From Candidatus Gastranaerophilales bacterium (GTDB lineage Bacteria; Cyanobacteriota; Vampirovibrionia; Gastranaerophilales; Gastranaerophilaceae): a stretch of 64,000 bases of DNA. The DNA lies in NCBI GenBank assembly GCA_947588785.1, contig CANPZN010000002.1:2123-66122 (forward strand), in the 5' to 3' direction. Position 1 is the first letter of the stretch. Every line of letters starts with the position of its first letter. Below, in pieces: positions 49,991 to 60,015 of this stretch. The position numbers were made by a program, and so were the translations under genes. The notes under the pieces were generated by a model. The model ran no database searches. It had not been told where the DNA came from and worked only from the letters and a program-made list of their open reading frames with translations.

Positions 49991-50842
49991 TTAATTAATC
50001 ATTTCTTCGAGTGCGGCAATTTTCATTTTTAATGGATCAGGTTTTTTACCCGTCCATATTTCAAATGCTTTGGCTCCTTGATAAATTAACATATCAAGCC
50101 CTTGAATAGTTTGTATATTATGCTTTTTTGCAAGTTTAATTAATTCTGTTTTTAAGGGATTGTATACTATATCATATATAATTCCGTTTTTATTCATTGT
50201 CTTTATAATTTTTTCTTCAACAGGAGAAACACCCATTGCTTTACCTCTCATACCTATAGGTGTTGTATTTACAAGCATTTTATACTCTGATAAATCTTTT
50301 AAACTTTCTATTTGCTTACAATTATATTTTATATTCGGAAAGTTTCTTTGCAGAACTTCTGTCATATCACCGGCATTTATAACATTTCTTACATATATAT
50401 CTATACTTTGTACATTTAATATTGAAAAACCTACGGATACAGCTCGTGCAGCTCCGCCTCCGCCTATAATTGCAACTTTATTTGCACTCAATTCTTTCCT
50501 GAAATTTTCCGGAATCGCTTCTACAAATCCGTATATATCTGTGTTATATCCTTGCAATGATGAATCTTCCATTATTTTTATAGTATTAGCACTTCCTGCA
50601 ACATTTGCGGCATTATCTACTCCTGATAAAAATAATGTTATTGGAACTTTTAACGGAATTGTTACATTAAAACCTTGATATTTATTTGATTTTAAATACT
50701 TTAATCTTGAAACAATATCTTCTTGGGGTGTTTCTAATATATCATATGTTCCTTCCATTCCTAATGATTTGAAGGCTGCTTCGTGTATTACTTTTGATAA
50801 TGAATGTGAAAGGGGATATCCTATTAATCCAAATTTATACAT
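49991..50842 (-). CDS. aroE: Shikimate dehydrogenase
   Basis: SLSKVIHEAAF...NVTIPLK...NTDIYG...GGGGAARA. Confidence 0.9.
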   Translation of the reverse strand: MYKFGLIGYPLSHSLSKVIHEAAFKSLGMEGTYDILETPQEDIVSRLKYLKSNKYQGFNVTIPLKVPITLFLSGVDNAANVAGSANTIKIMEDSSLQGYNTDIYGFVEAIPENFRKELSANKVAIIGGGGAARAVSVGFSILNVQSIDIYVRNVINAGDMTEVLQRNFPNIKYNCKQIESLKDLSEYKMLVNTTPIGMRGKAMGVSPVEEKIIKTMNKNGIIYDIVYNPLKTELIKLAKKHNIQTIQGLDMLIYQGAKAFEIWTGKKPDPLKMKIAALEEMIN

Positions 50843-50845
50843 ATT

Positions 50846-53080
50846 TTATTCTTCCATTTCTTTTGAAAAAGTACAATTTTTATTGAAGCATACTAATTTT
50901 TTTTCTTTTTTAGTTATTTTTTTTACTAATATATTTCCGCACAACGGGCATTTTTCATTTACGGGTTCATTCCAAGAAACAAAATCGCAATCCGGATATT
51001 TATTACATCCATAAAATATTTTATTGTATTTCGATTTCCTTAATATAATTTCACCATCTTTACATTTTGGACATTTTACACCGGTAGATTTGATGATTCT
51101 TTTTCTATGCTTACATTCCTCATTAGTACATTCCAAATAAGGTCCGTATGGCCCGTTTTTTTGTATCATTGGTGATTGACATTTTTCGCATTTTTCATTA
51201 GTTTCTTTGGTTTGTTCTATTACCTCTCCATTATTATTTAATGGTAACATTGTTTTACATTCCGGATATTTTGAACATCCTAAAAACTGTGTTCCGAATC
51301 TGCTTGTTCTGACTACCATTTTACTTCCGCAGTTGGGGCATATTATGTCGGATTCTATTAATACTTTTTCCATATTCTTTTTTGCGTCTGCAACTGTTTC
51401 AATGAATGGATTATAAAATTCTTTAATGACTTCATTCCATTTTAATTTATTTTCAGCAATGTCATCTAATTTATTTTCCATATTGGCAGTAAATTCATAG
51501 TTCATTATATCTTTAAAATGATCAACTAATTGCTTGCATAGAGTTGAACCCAATGAAGTAGGTGCCAGTGCTTTTTCTATTTTTTCAACATAATTTTTTT
51601 GCTGAATTTTAGAAATAATCGGTGCATATGTACTTGGTCTTCCTATACCATGTTCTTCAAGTGCTTTAACTAATGAAGCTTCGGTATACCTTGGAGGCGG
51701 ACTTGTAAAATGTTGTTTTGGAATAATTTCTTTTAATTTTAAATTGTCACCTTCTTTTAAATCCGGAATTTTTAATGTTTTTTCTTCTTCATCATTATCA
51801 TTGTATATTTTTAAATAACCGTCAAATATTATTTTACTTATGCCTGATTTAAACAGACAATCATCAGCTGTTATATCAATTGTTGTATTTTGAACGGTAG
51901 CATTTTCCATTTGTGACGCTACAAATTTACTCCAAATTAATTTGTATAGTTGGTATTGTTCATTTGTAAGGTATTGTTTTATGCTTTCAGGAGTTTTTTC
52001 TATATATGATGGTCTTATTGCTTCATGAGCGTCTTGTACGTTTTTTGATTTTTTTACATAATTATTAGGTGTTTTTGGATAATAATTTTCTCCGTAATTT
52101 TTTGTTATAAATTCTTTGGCAGCTGTTTGTGCATCATCGGATATCCTGACTGAGTCAGTTCTCATATATGTGATTAAACCAACCGGCCCATCTGATCCGA
52201 TTTCAATTCCTTCATATAACTTTTGAGCTATCTGCATTGTTTTTGATACGCCATAACCCAATTTATTACTTGCTTCTCTTTGTAATGTTGATGTTATAAA
52301 CGGAGCAGTAGGTTTCCTTGTTGAATTTCTGTTTGAAATTTTTGATACAATATATTTTCGAGATTTTTCTTTTAAATATTCCGCTATTTTATTTGCTTCT
52401 GTTTCATTTTTTATATCAATTTTTTCATTTTTATATTTTGATAATTCTGCACTAAATTTTGTTTTATCCTTTAAAAGATCAGCGGAAATTGTCCAATATT
52501 CAACGGGAGTAAATGCTTTGATTTCTTCTTCTCGTTCACATATCATTCGCAGTGCTACACTTTGTACTCTTCCTGCGGAAAGATGATAATTTCTCATTTT
52601 TTCCCATAATACCGGACTTATTTTATAGCCTACCAGTCTATCCAAAATTTGTCTTGTTTGTTGAGCTTTTACTCTGTTCATATCTATTTGTCTGGAATGC
52701 TCAACTGCATAAGTTACTGCTTTTGGGGTAATTTCATTAAATTCTATTCTGAATACTTTGTCATCTGCTACATTAATAACCTGTCTTACATGCCAGGCGA
52801 TTGCTTCTCCTTCACGGTCAGGATCGGATGCCAGATATACTTTATCTGCCTTTTGTGCCATATCATTAAGTTTTTTTACTACTGCTTTTTTTTCGGGAAT
52901 AATTTCAAATGTCGGTGTAAAATCATTTTGAACATCAAATCCCAGAACTTTGGGCGGAAAATCTCTTATATGACCATAACTGGCTTCAATATCATATGAT
53001 GGGCCCAATATTTTTTTTATCGTTTTTGATTTCGCAGGTGATTCAACTATTACCAGTATTTGTTCTTTTTTCTTTGCCAT
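50846..53080 (-). CDS. topA: DNA topoisomerase I
   Basis: Toprim (VIVESPAKSKTI, DPDREGE), active-site region ITYMRTDS, C-terminal Cys4 zinc ribbons. Confidence 0.96.
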   Translation of the reverse strand: MAKKKEQILVIVESPAKSKTIKKILGPSYDIEASYGHIRDFPPKVLGFDVQNDFTPTFEIIPEKKAVVKKLNDMAQKADKVYLASDPDREGEAIAWHVRQVINVADDKVFRIEFNEITPKAVTYAVEHSRQIDMNRVKAQQTRQILDRLVGYKISPVLWEKMRNYHLSAGRVQSVALRMICEREEEIKAFTPVEYWTISADLLKDKTKFSAELSKYKNEKIDIKNETEANKIAEYLKEKSRKYIVSKISNRNSTRKPTAPFITSTLQREASNKLGYGVSKTMQIAQKLYEGIEIGSDGPVGLITYMRTDSVRISDDAQTAAKEFITKNYGENYYPKTPNNYVKKSKNVQDAHEAIRPSYIEKTPESIKQYLTNEQYQLYKLIWSKFVASQMENATVQNTTIDITADDCLFKSGISKIIFDGYLKIYNDNDEEEKTLKIPDLKEGDNLKLKEIIPKQHFTSPPPRYTEASLVKALEEHGIGRPSTYAPIISKIQQKNYVEKIEKALAPTSLGSTLCKQLVDHFKDIMNYEFTANMENKLDDIAENKLKWNEVIKEFYNPFIETVADAKKNMEKVLIESDIICPNCGSKMVVRTSRFGTQFLGCSKYPECKTMLPLNNNGEVIEQTKETNEKCEKCQSPMIQKNGPYGPYLECTNEECKHRKRIIKSTGVKCPKCKDGEIILRKSKYNKIFYGCNKYPDCDFVSWNEPVNEKCPLCGNILVKKITKKEKKLVCFNKNCTFSKEMEE

Positions 53081-53085
53081 TTATT

Positions 53086-54177
53086 TTATACCAATGCTGT
53101 ATATCTCTCTCCGTTTAGTTGAGAAATTATTCCTTCTAATTCTAACTTTGTTAATATTACCATTAAATCATTAATATTCAAGTTTGTTTTTATTATTAAT
53201 TCATCAAATGTAAGTGAATCTTTTTTTATATATTCTAATATTAATTTTTCTTGATTCGTTAATTGATTAGTATTTTCGTTTTGTATTCCATTTGTTTCTT
53301 TAATTATTTCCCAATTCAGTGCATCTAATATATCTTGGGAATTAACAACAAGAGCTGCTCCTTCTTTCAAAAGTTTATATATTCCTTCTGTATTTGGATT
53401 TGAAATTAATCCCGGAATACACATTAATTCTTTATTTTGTTCAATAGCTAATCTTGCTGTTATCATTGCTCCTGATTTTATTGCTGCTTCTGCTACAAGA
53501 ACACCTTTTGCTAATCCTGATACAATTCTGTTTCTAACAGGAAAATGCCAGCTTAGTGCATCTTCATCAGGCCAATATTCCGAAATAACAGCTCCATAAC
53601 CGTTAATTATTTTATTAAATAGCTGAATATTTGATTTCGGATATAATTTGTCAAATCCTCCACCTATAACACCTATTGTTTTCATATTATTTTCTATAGC
53701 ACTTTTATGGGCTGCTGTATCTATACCTTCTGCAAGTCCTGATATAATACATATATCAGTTCCGGCAAAATCTGAAAGAATTTTGTTTAATGTTATTTTC
53801 GCATTTTCACTTGCTCTTCTTGAACCAACTACTGCTAATGTCTTTTCAAGATTACATTTCGTTAAATCGCCTAATACGAAAAGTCCTATCGGAGGGTTAT
53901 CTATTTGCTTTAATAAATATGGATATGCTTTATCTTCAAAATTTATAAATTTTATCCCACGTTTCATTATATATTCAAGGCATTCATCAGGATTTATTTT
54001 ATTTCTTTCTTCTATAAAACAAGAAATTTGATTTTTTCTTAATCCGGGAATTTTATATAAATCACATATTTCAGCATGCCACGCTAATTCTATTGAACCA
54101 AAATATTTATATAATAAATTGACAAAAACCGAACCGGTTTTTGTCAATTTTGCAAATGCACACCAATATTTTTCCAT
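53086..54177 (-). CDS. dprA: DNA processing protein DprA
   Basis: Rossmann-like core VVGSRRAS...SGLAEGIDTAAH...FPVRNRIVSGL. Confidence 0.92.
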   Translation of the reverse strand: MEKYWCAFAKLTKTGSVFVNLLYKYFGSIELAWHAEICDLYKIPGLRKNQISCFIEERNKINPDECLEYIMKRGIKFINFEDKAYPYLLKQIDNPPIGLFVLGDLTKCNLEKTLAVVGSRRASENAKITLNKILSDFAGTDICIISGLAEGIDTAAHKSAIENNMKTIGVIGGGFDKLYPKSNIQLFNKIINGYGAVISEYWPDEDALSWHFPVRNRIVSGLAKGVLVAEAAIKSGAMITARLAIEQNKELMCIPGLISNPNTEGIYKLLKEGAALVVNSQDILDALNWEIIKETNGIQNENTNQLTNQEKLILEYIKKDSLTFDELIIKTNLNINDLMVILTKLELEGIISQLNGERYTALV

Positions 54178-54180
54178 AAA

Positions 54181-54414
54181 TTAAGCCTGACAAGAGCCTT
54201 CTTTTACAAGATTATCATATTGATTTTTGTAAAATGCTGCTAAACGACAAGCTATATCATATTTTTGATTAATATTATCCGAACTTGAAATAAAACTATC
54301 TTTTATTTCATTATTTCCTTCAGTTTGGGGTGTTTTTCTCTTCTCAAAATCAACTTTACTTACAGGATTAACTCTTGACATTGAATTTATTGCGTTTATT
54401 GATTGAATTTGCAT
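54181..54414 (-). CDS. Small hypothetical protein; termini weakly reminiscent of anti-sigma-28 FlgM
   Basis: Start moved to MQIQSINAINSMSRVNPV (GGGGG SD). C-terminus YDIACRLAAFYKNQ. The central FlgM region is not evident. Confidence 0.25.
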   Translation of the reverse strand: MQIQSINAINSMSRVNPVSKVDFEKRKTPQTEGNNEIKDSFISSSDNINQKYDIACRLAAFYKNQYDNLVKEGSCQA

Positions 54415-54529
54415 TTTTGTCCCCCTTACCGATAAATACCCATGACTAAATATTATCATATACATATTGATTTTTCAATTAGTTATTTGTTTAATTTTTT
54501 ATTTTTACCGGAGTTTTTGTAAAGAATAT

Positions 54530-54628
54530 TGCCCGGGAATGATCTTCGAAAATTTTTCTTATTCACTATTGTGAACAACGAATGAAATTTCAAGATAATC
54601 TTTGATAAAGTGTGGCACCGAATTAAAT
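54530..54628 (+). repeat. Repeat-family copy (R14)
   Basis: CTTCGAAAATTTTTC...GAATGAAATTTCAAG...GTGTGGCACCGAATTAAAT. Confidence 0.55.
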
Positions 54629-54633
54629 ATTTT

Positions 54634-56394
54634 TTATATTTTATCGGTACTTACTGTAAAACTTTCATCAGACAATTTATCTGCCAATGGTGTCACTATC
54701 ATTCCGTTTAAAGATTTGTCAATCTCTTTTAGTTTTTTTGAGACTCTTTCTATTTCTTCAGTCCAATTAAAATAATTGTTTATAAATTTTTCTCCCCTGT
54801 CAAAATTTTGAGAGAGCTGTACTTCTATTATTTCAGTAAGCATTTTTTTTGCTGCAGGAATCATTTTTTCTAAATTTATATCAATTATTCCGTCATTATT
54901 TACAGATATAGCTCCTTCTTTAATAAAATAGAATGCCTGCATGACTGTTCTGACTCGATGAGCTTGTGCCAGTTCCGGTTTTGCTTTTAAAAAGCAATTT
55001 GCACCAAACGTTACTAAAATTTGTTTTTTTTCTTCGTCGGTATAAGCTCCTTTTTCCGTTAAACAATCAAGCAGAGCTAATGAACCCATATCTGCTTTAT
55101 TTTCTTCTATTATATTTTTATATTTTCCAAGTGCTTCTGTTCCTGATTTCGGCCCTAATGAATGTACATTTTCATGACCAATTGTGAACCAATGATCTGC
55201 TTCCGGATTATAGTATTTATGTAAATCTTTATTTAATGTTGCATTTAGTCTTTTTTTTCTGCGTTCAACGGCATCTTGAGAATTGTTTGTTCTTATTTGT
55301 CTGTGGTATACATTTCTTCTTCCTCCGCCTATGGTTAATGATAATTTATCATTATTCGGCAGGTTTTGAGCAATTGTAATACCGCCTCTATATGAGCCTT
55401 CATCTCCTCTTAAGGATACTATATCCACATCAACCATTGTTTGTAGGTTATCATTTCCTGACGATATGTTTTGTTCATATTGATCTTTTAATGGCATATT
55501 TTCTGCCATTAACGGAAGAAAATTTTTTATTTTTAATAAATCCTGAGTCCCTTTTTTATTAACAATTCCAACTCTTATCCCTATTGAATCTTTTGAAATT
55601 GCAGTTATATTATTTTCTTCCAAAAGCTGTTTTAATTCTTCATCTTCTAATACACTTCCTGTTAATAAATCGGCATATTGTTCTCTTGATATTGTAAATT
55701 CCAGTGGAGTATCTTGCAATTGTGCCCATTTTTTATCTGCTTTTGCATCTAACATCGGATTATTTTGTCTTAATGCTTCTGCTTGTAATTTTAAATATTC
55801 ATTAAATTCTTTGTTTGTTGAAATTTTTGCAGCTTCTTCAATCTCTTTTGCAATATTAGTAAATTCTTCTTTAAATTCTTCTGTATAATCTGCAGCTTTA
55901 AGTTTGTTTCCGTCCCTTTTTACTATTGTTCTTTGGTTTAATATTTTTGAAACTTCTTCTTTTTCACCATTCTTAAGCATTTTTTTTAAAATATTATGAA
56001 ATTCTTGTTTATTCATATCAGCAGGGTAGAATGCTTTACCATCTTTTTCTTGTGCATTCTTTAACAATACAACTTTTTTCGATTCAGAATCTATTCCTAT
56101 AATTCCTAATTGGGCATCAAATAATATCTTGGTTAATTCTGCCTGTTTGTTTCCTTTTTTTATTTCTTCTTTTAAATAATCTAAAAATGGAATATTTAAT
56201 TCATTATCTTGTTTCATATATATTATATTTGCATAGTTTGCCGCTTTTACAAGGTGACTTAGTGCTTTTTTATCTTGAATATTTAGATTTTTATATTCTT
56301 CTGAATCTTCTGTAAGCATTTGTTTTCTTATTAAATAGTCTTTGTTGGTTCTTTTTTCTAATTCTTCTATGGAAAGATTAAGTTCAAAATTCAT
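54634..56394 (-). CDS. Zinc metallopeptidase, M49 (DPP III)-like
   Basis: HENVHSLGP (HExxH) followed by EENKADMGSL (cf. the EECRAE/D second zinc motif). 586 aa. Confidence 0.5.
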   Translation of the reverse strand: MNFELNLSIEELEKRTNKDYLIRKQMLTEDSEEYKNLNIQDKKALSHLVKAANYANIIYMKQDNELNIPFLDYLKEEIKKGNKQAELTKILFDAQLGIIGIDSESKKVVLLKNAQEKDGKAFYPADMNKQEFHNILKKMLKNGEKEEVSKILNQRTIVKRDGNKLKAADYTEEFKEEFTNIAKEIEEAAKISTNKEFNEYLKLQAEALRQNNPMLDAKADKKWAQLQDTPLEFTISREQYADLLTGSVLEDEELKQLLEENNITAISKDSIGIRVGIVNKKGTQDLLKIKNFLPLMAENMPLKDQYEQNISSGNDNLQTMVDVDIVSLRGDEGSYRGGITIAQNLPNNDKLSLTIGGGRRNVYHRQIRTNNSQDAVERRKKRLNATLNKDLHKYYNPEADHWFTIGHENVHSLGPKSGTEALGKYKNIIEENKADMGSLALLDCLTEKGAYTDEEKKQILVTFGANCFLKAKPELAQAHRVRTVMQAFYFIKEGAISVNNDGIIDINLEKMIPAAKKMLTEIIEVQLSQNFDRGEKFINNYFNWTEEIERVSKKLKEIDKSLNGMIVTPLADKLSDESFTVSTDKI

Positions 56395-56407
56395 ATTTTT
56401 CTCCTGA

Positions 56408-58252
56408 TTATTTCATTATAATTGTATCCGGTACTTCATAATATCCGCAGGATGGGCATATCTCTTTTGCATAATACAATCCATTTTCGTTATAAAATCT
56501 TGATTTATAATTTGCTATGACTGTTGATTTTATTTCCGGTTCTTTTATGCAATATGTATATGCTTTTTCATTACTTAATGATTCATCAATTCCTTGTAAT
56601 GAAATAGTTTGTGAATCACTATAATATGCCATGACGGGTATTTTTGTATTTGTAATACTATCTGTTATTACATTATTTGTCCAATATTTTGTTCCTATAT
56701 CCGTTTTGTTGAAATATTTTAGTATTCCGATCAATTCCGGAATATTAGGGTGTCTGCCGCCTTTTGCCCAACAATATGAGTCTTTTTCATATTTAGTTTT
56801 TAAAACAGGAGTTTTTTCCGCTAAAATAAAAGATGGTGTGCAAAAACTTTGTTTCCATATTTCTGCTTCATTATATATATTCATATCCCCATAGTTAATA
56901 AATGGATAATAACATAATCTTATATTATCAGATGAATAATCAATATTCATTCTTGCTTTTAGGGCATTATCGTTTATTTCATAACGGCTGTTTATTGTAT
57001 TTTCTCTTCCGTAGTTATAACCTTTTTCTAATAATTGTTCAAAAACTTCATTGCTTACAAGTTTTACATTAAAACTTACATGCTTACGTTCATTATCTAT
57101 ATTATTTTGATAAGTATTATTCATATATGGATTTGAAGAATATTGCGGAGGGTATTCTACATAAGAATTTTGTTGTTCGGTTTGTTGTTTTGTTTGCTCT
57201 CCCAATATTTTTTCCAGATTATCAGTATTTGAATTATTTTTAATGATATTTTTTATGAAATTTTCCCGTTCAATTTTTTTACTTTTATAAAAGAATTTTT
57301 TATTTTTTTCAGTTTCATCACTTACACAGTATAGCAAAGGAGTGATTTTGCCGTCATATTTAATTAATTTGTATGACATATTATCAAACTCCAGAATAAT
57401 TGGAATTTTACCATCAGTATTACTTGTCCAATAATATTTTTTCCCGAAAGTATCGAATTTATTAAATGCAATATGATACATTTGCAGATAATCAGGAACT
57501 TTTGCATTAATATTTTTACAAAAGTTTGAAGCATCTTTATATTGATCGAATTTAAAAGAATCCAAAGTATAATAAAAAGGGACTTTCATTTTAATATTTT
57601 TTAATTTTTCTTCACTTACGGCACTGATATTTCTGTAATTTAAAGGTTCTCTGGAGTATTCTAAAGAGATTTGTCCGCATTTATACTTGTCTTGTTTTTC
57701 TATATTTTGGGATCTGATTATATTGGGAAGTGTTTTTATTAAGCATAAGATTAAAAAAATCAAGACCAGAATTAAATAAAATTTTTTAAGATTCCTTTTT
57801 GTGTTTTTATGAATTATTCCCGGAATGATGAATGCCGGCATAATGAAATAAATAAAGACCAATAAAATCATTGCGGGAAAAAGCATTGAAATAATACTCA
57901 TAAAAAATGTAAATACAGATATAAGATTTAATGCTTCCTGATTAACAATGGCGAGTGTTGCTATACATAAAAGAATGATAACTAAAATACATATGAAAAA
58001 AGTACCTATATTAACCGGATAATTTATAAATAATATTTCTTTTTTTATATCATTTAAATTTTTTTCAGATTGTTTTTCAAAAAGAAATAAATAAAATAGC
58101 AATAACAGAATACAAAAAAATGAGTTTATTAAAATATAAGGACTTCTATTTCCTTCCGAGAATCCCCAAGCTGCAATACTAAGAATAACAGTAAGTATAG
58201 TTATTAATATATTTATATTTTTTAAATAATTTTTATGTAATGGTTTTTTCAT
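56408..58252 (-). CDS. Polytopic membrane protein with two C-terminal DUF1566/Lcl-like modules
   Basis: About 6 N-terminal TM segments. Repeated A..FC...(x)P...(x)...KYYWTSN / YCWAKGGRHPNIPEL...KYWTNN. Confidence 0.45.
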   Translation of the reverse strand: MKKPLHKNYLKNINILITILTVILSIAAWGFSEGNRSPYILINSFFCILLLLFYLFLFEKQSEKNLNDIKKEILFINYPVNIGTFFICILVIILLCIATLAIVNQEALNLISVFTFFMSIISMLFPAMILLVFIYFIMPAFIIPGIIHKNTKRNLKKFYLILVLIFLILCLIKTLPNIIRSQNIEKQDKYKCGQISLEYSREPLNYRNISAVSEEKLKNIKMKVPFYYTLDSFKFDQYKDASNFCKNINAKVPDYLQMYHIAFNKFDTFGKKYYWTSNTDGKIPIILEFDNMSYKLIKYDGKITPLLYCVSDETEKNKKFFYKSKKIERENFIKNIIKNNSNTDNLEKILGEQTKQQTEQQNSYVEYPPQYSSNPYMNNTYQNNIDNERKHVSFNVKLVSNEVFEQLLEKGYNYGRENTINSRYEINDNALKARMNIDYSSDNIRLCYYPFINYGDMNIYNEAEIWKQSFCTPSFILAEKTPVLKTKYEKDSYCWAKGGRHPNIPELIGILKYFNKTDIGTKYWTNNVITDSITNTKIPVMAYYSDSQTISLQGIDESLSNEKAYTYCIKEPEIKSTVIANYKSRFYNENGLYYAKEICPSCGYYEVPDTIIMK

Positions 58253-58321
58253 AACTTCATCATGTATTTTACAATAAAATTTTATATTATTGTATAATTT
58301 ATAATGACATAGAAATTTAAA

Positions 58322-58387
58322 AGAAAATTTTGCGATAGGAAAAGTAAGCGAAATTTATATAGGCAAAGTGCGGTAATGGATAAATTA
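58322..58387 (+). repeat. Repeat-family copy (R15)
   Basis: AGAAAATTTTGCGATAGGAAAAGTAAGCGAAATTTATATAGGCAAAGTGCGGTAATGGATAAATT. Confidence 0.7.
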
Positions 58388-58412
58388 ATCATAGATTACG
58401 GAAGGTTTAAGC

Positions 58413-59396
58413 GTGGAAATTATACAACAAACAACGATGCAGGAATTAGCCAGAGAGGTTTTTCAAATTGAGTCTGATTCGATACTTAAATTGAAAGATA
58501 GAATTGATAGCAATTTAGAGAAAGCTATTTCTGTAATTATAGGCTCAAAAGGAAGAATAATAGTTACAGGTATGGGAAAATCAGGGTTAATCGGGCGAAA
58601 AATAGCAGCTACATTATCTTCTACCGGTACACCTGCCTATTTTCTTCATCCTGCGGAAAGTACACACGGTGATTCCGGAATAATAACAAGAGATGATGTT
58701 GTTATTGCTATTTCCAATAGCGGTGAAACAACAGAACTTTTAAATTTATTACCTTTAATAAAAAGATTTGAAGTTCCATTAATAGCTTTTGCCGGAAATA
58801 AAAATTCTACATTGGGAAAATGTGCAGATATTTATTTTGATATATCTGTGGAGAAAGAAGCATGTCCATTGGGAAAAGCTCCAACAGCAAGTACAACTGC
58901 GACATTAGCTATGGGTGATGCACTTGCGATATGTTTATTAAAAAAGAGAGGATTTTCAACGGAAGATTTTCTTTTATATCATCCATCTGGTACTTTAGGT
59001 AAAGGTGTATTATATATGGTGAAAGACCTTATGTTAAAAGATACAAATCTTCTTCCGATTGCACATGAAGAAGATACCTTCTTAGAAACTGTAGATTTAA
59101 TTTCCAAAAAGCGTCTTGGTTGTGCATTAATAGTAGATTCTCAAAATAAATTGACAGGATTAATAACAGATGGTGATATAAGAAGAATACTTTTAAGATA
59201 TCCTGATATATCTGTTTTAAGAACGAAATTTGTAATGACAAAAAATCCGAAAACAATATCATCGGAAGATATGGCTTCAAAAGCTCTTGCTTTAATGGAA
59301 AAGTATTCTATTACATCTCTGGCGGTTTGTGATGAAGATGATTGTCCTATAGGGTTAATACACATTCATGATTTATTAAGGGCAGGTGTTGCATAG
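58413..59396 (+). CDS. kdsD: Arabinose-5-phosphate isomerase (KdsD/KpsF)
   Basis: SIS domain (GMGKSG, SNSGET) plus two CBS domains. GTG start. Confidence 0.9.
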   Translation: MEIIQQTTMQELAREVFQIESDSILKLKDRIDSNLEKAISVIIGSKGRIIVTGMGKSGLIGRKIAATLSSTGTPAYFLHPAESTHGDSGIITRDDVVIAISNSGETTELLNLLPLIKRFEVPLIAFAGNKNSTLGKCADIYFDISVEKEACPLGKAPTASTTATLAMGDALAICLLKKRGFSTEDFLLYHPSGTLGKGVLYMVKDLMLKDTNLLPIAHEEDTFLETVDLISKKRLGCALIVDSQNKLTGLITDGDIRRILLRYPDISVLRTKFVMTKNPKTISSEDMASKALALMEKYSITSLAVCDEDDCPIGLIHIHDLLRAGVA

Positions 59397-59911
59397 TGAA
59401 AAATCAAGAAGTAGAAACAAATGCAATGAAAATAAAAATGGCTGTATTTGATGTTGATGGAGTCATGACTGACGGAAGTATTACTTATGATGAGAATGGT
59501 GTAGAATATAAAACATTTAATGCAAAAGATGGACAAGGTATTGTTATGCTTACAAAAGCAGGAATAATAACCGCAATAATAACTGCAAGAGAGAGCGGAA
59601 CAGTAAAAAAAAGATTTGAAAATCTTGGTATGACCAGACTTTTTATGGGACAAAAAAATAAAATTAAGGCACTTGATACATTAATTCAAGAATATAAAAT
59701 TGATTATTCTCAGGTTGCTTATATGGGGGATGATTTGCCTGATTTATGTGTTTTAGAAAAAGTCGGTTTGGCTTGTTGTCCAAGTGATGCTGTTGATGAA
59801 GTAAAAAATGTATGTAATTTTATATCTTCTAAAAACGGAGGAAGAGGAGCTGTAAGAGAATTAACGGATTTGATTTTTAAGGTACAAAAATTATCTGAAA
59901 AAAAATTATAA
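59396..59911 (+). CDS. kdsC: KDO-8-phosphate phosphatase (HAD family)
   Basis: FDVDGVMTDG, GDDLPD, position after kdsD. Start could be the GTG at 59396 or the ATG at 59426. Confidence 0.85.
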   Translation: MKNQEVETNAMKIKMAVFDVDGVMTDGSITYDENGVEYKTFNAKDGQGIVMLTKAGIITAIITARESGTVKKRFENLGMTRLFMGQKNKIKALDTLIQEYKIDYSQVAYMGDDLPDLCVLEKVGLACCPSDAVDEVKNVCNFISSKNGGRGAVRELTDLIFKVQKLSEKKL

Positions 59912-59929
59912 TCGAATATATGAAATATT

Positions 59930-60013
59930 TATCTGCATTTGACATACAACACTTAGAAATAAGTTGCCGATGAATGAACAAAGGAAAACGTTATAATGTA
60001 AAGTGTAACATTA
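59930..60013 (+). repeat. Repeat-family copy (R16)
   Basis: GGAAAACGTTATAATGTAAAGTGTAACATTAAAT parallels the reverse complement of R13, GGAACGTTACAAAGC...CTACACTGTATTAAAT. Confidence 0.5.
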
Positions 60014-60015
60014 AA

